Source: Balamuthia mandrillaris (taxonomy: Eukaryota). From it: a DNA stretch of 64,000 nt. Every line of letters begins with the position of its first letter. The first letter of the stretch is position 1. The translations under genes were made by a program, and so were the position numbers. Under the pieces are notes generated by a model, which searched no databases, had not been told where the DNA came from, and saw only the letters and a program-made list of their open reading frames with translations. The stretch is from positions 1 to 64,000 of the forward strand of contig JAVKOQ020000098.1 of assembly GCA_031835245.2 (NCBI GenBank). Reading direction: 5' to 3'. Shown here one piece after another: positions 63,204-64,000 of the stretch.

Positions 63204-63744
63204 GATTAACGTTCGTTTATATGTATCGTTGTTAAATAAAGCGCCTTACCAAATGATTTGATGCTCTCTACAATATTTCAAAAAAGATTACTAAGGCTCA
63301 ACATTTAAAAAAAAAGTGAAGAGAAGAAACAAAAAAAGTGGAGCTTGGCCAAACCTTTTTGATCCACGATGAAAATAAAGAAATCGCTTTTGTGCAGCAG
63401 AGCGCGCCCGCAGTTCAATGGACAGAGGACCCGTTTCTTAAAAAGAATTCGCTGTTGGCGTGCGTGTATATGTGTGTATGCCACCCCCTGTTCCCAAGCG
63501 GTAGAGTTTTTTTGTTTGTGGCCACAGAGACGTTTTGGTCAACAAGAAATCGAGCCTACAAAAAAAGCAAAAGGCCCAACCCAAGATCTATTTCTGTTTA
63601 GTCTCCTTCTTCCCCCCTTCCTTCCTTCCTTCCTTCCTTCCTTTTTGTTTTTGGCACCCACCCACTCTTACTCTCGCTTTGGTGCCGCCAACGTCAAATT
63701 TTTCCCTCAAAGAGAGATAGAGGGAGGCTTCGGCCAAGGCAATT

Positions 63745-63999
63745 AAATTATGTCGACCCAGATTCGTTTCGATGAAAGGCAAATGATTACATCAGCAGCC
63801 ACGCTGGAAATTTCCTCCGAGGATGATGACATCACCGTTTTGCCTCCCATTTCGATGACAGCTGACGTAGGATGGCTGACGCGCGTGCCTTTATTGTCGA
63901 CTTGGAAACTTGCGAAAGCAACCCACTCATTGAAATCACCGCTCCACCAAACGAGGTTTTTGACACCGCTTGATGGTTGTAATACCGCAGGCAGGGAAA
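63745..63999 (-). CDS. Possible 3' end of a gene entering from beyond the window
   Basis: Stop-free frame FPCLRYYNHQ..IWVDII* from the window edge; no domain recognised. Confidence 0.25.
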
Positions 64000-64000
64000 T

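Overview
Eukaryotic genomic DNA, most consistent with an amoebozoan protist (inference from an Acanthamoeba-type actin, a MyoM-like myosin-RhoGEF, a Frizzled/Smoothened-like GPCR and short (CT)n-rich introns). The first ~14 kb is a nested mobile-element zone. It holds a decayed chromodomain-bearing Ty3/Gypsy LTR retrotransposon (minus strand, T-tract instead of a tRNA PBS) inserted into an AT-rich tyrosine-recombinase (YR) gene that itself splices onto a C-terminal chromodomain. A second, divergent YR gene converges on the first, with a hairpin between them. Next come a 1.16-kb PIF/Harbinger-like TIR element with an AAT TSD, a Crinkler/RHS-type coiled-coil + PD-(D/E)xK nuclease + kinase gene, and an orphan gag fragment. 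The mobile genes are broken mainly by in-frame TGA stops that look like deaminated CGA codons. The remaining ~50 kb is gene-dense host sequence: a DUF1772-like gene, F-box + atypical Rho, a divergent acyl-CoA synthetase, U2 snRNA, myosin-DH-PH, CH-CH-filamin-coiled-coil-GAR, a Fz/Smo-like GPCR, actin, riboflavin kinase, F-box-SH2, F-box-SPRY, Nup155, a SWSAP1-like gene and a WH2-SH3-PRA1 fusion. The best candidate for an undescribed system is the paired-YR/chromodomain element; several host domain fusions are also unusual. All domain calls are by eye and exon boundaries are approximate.
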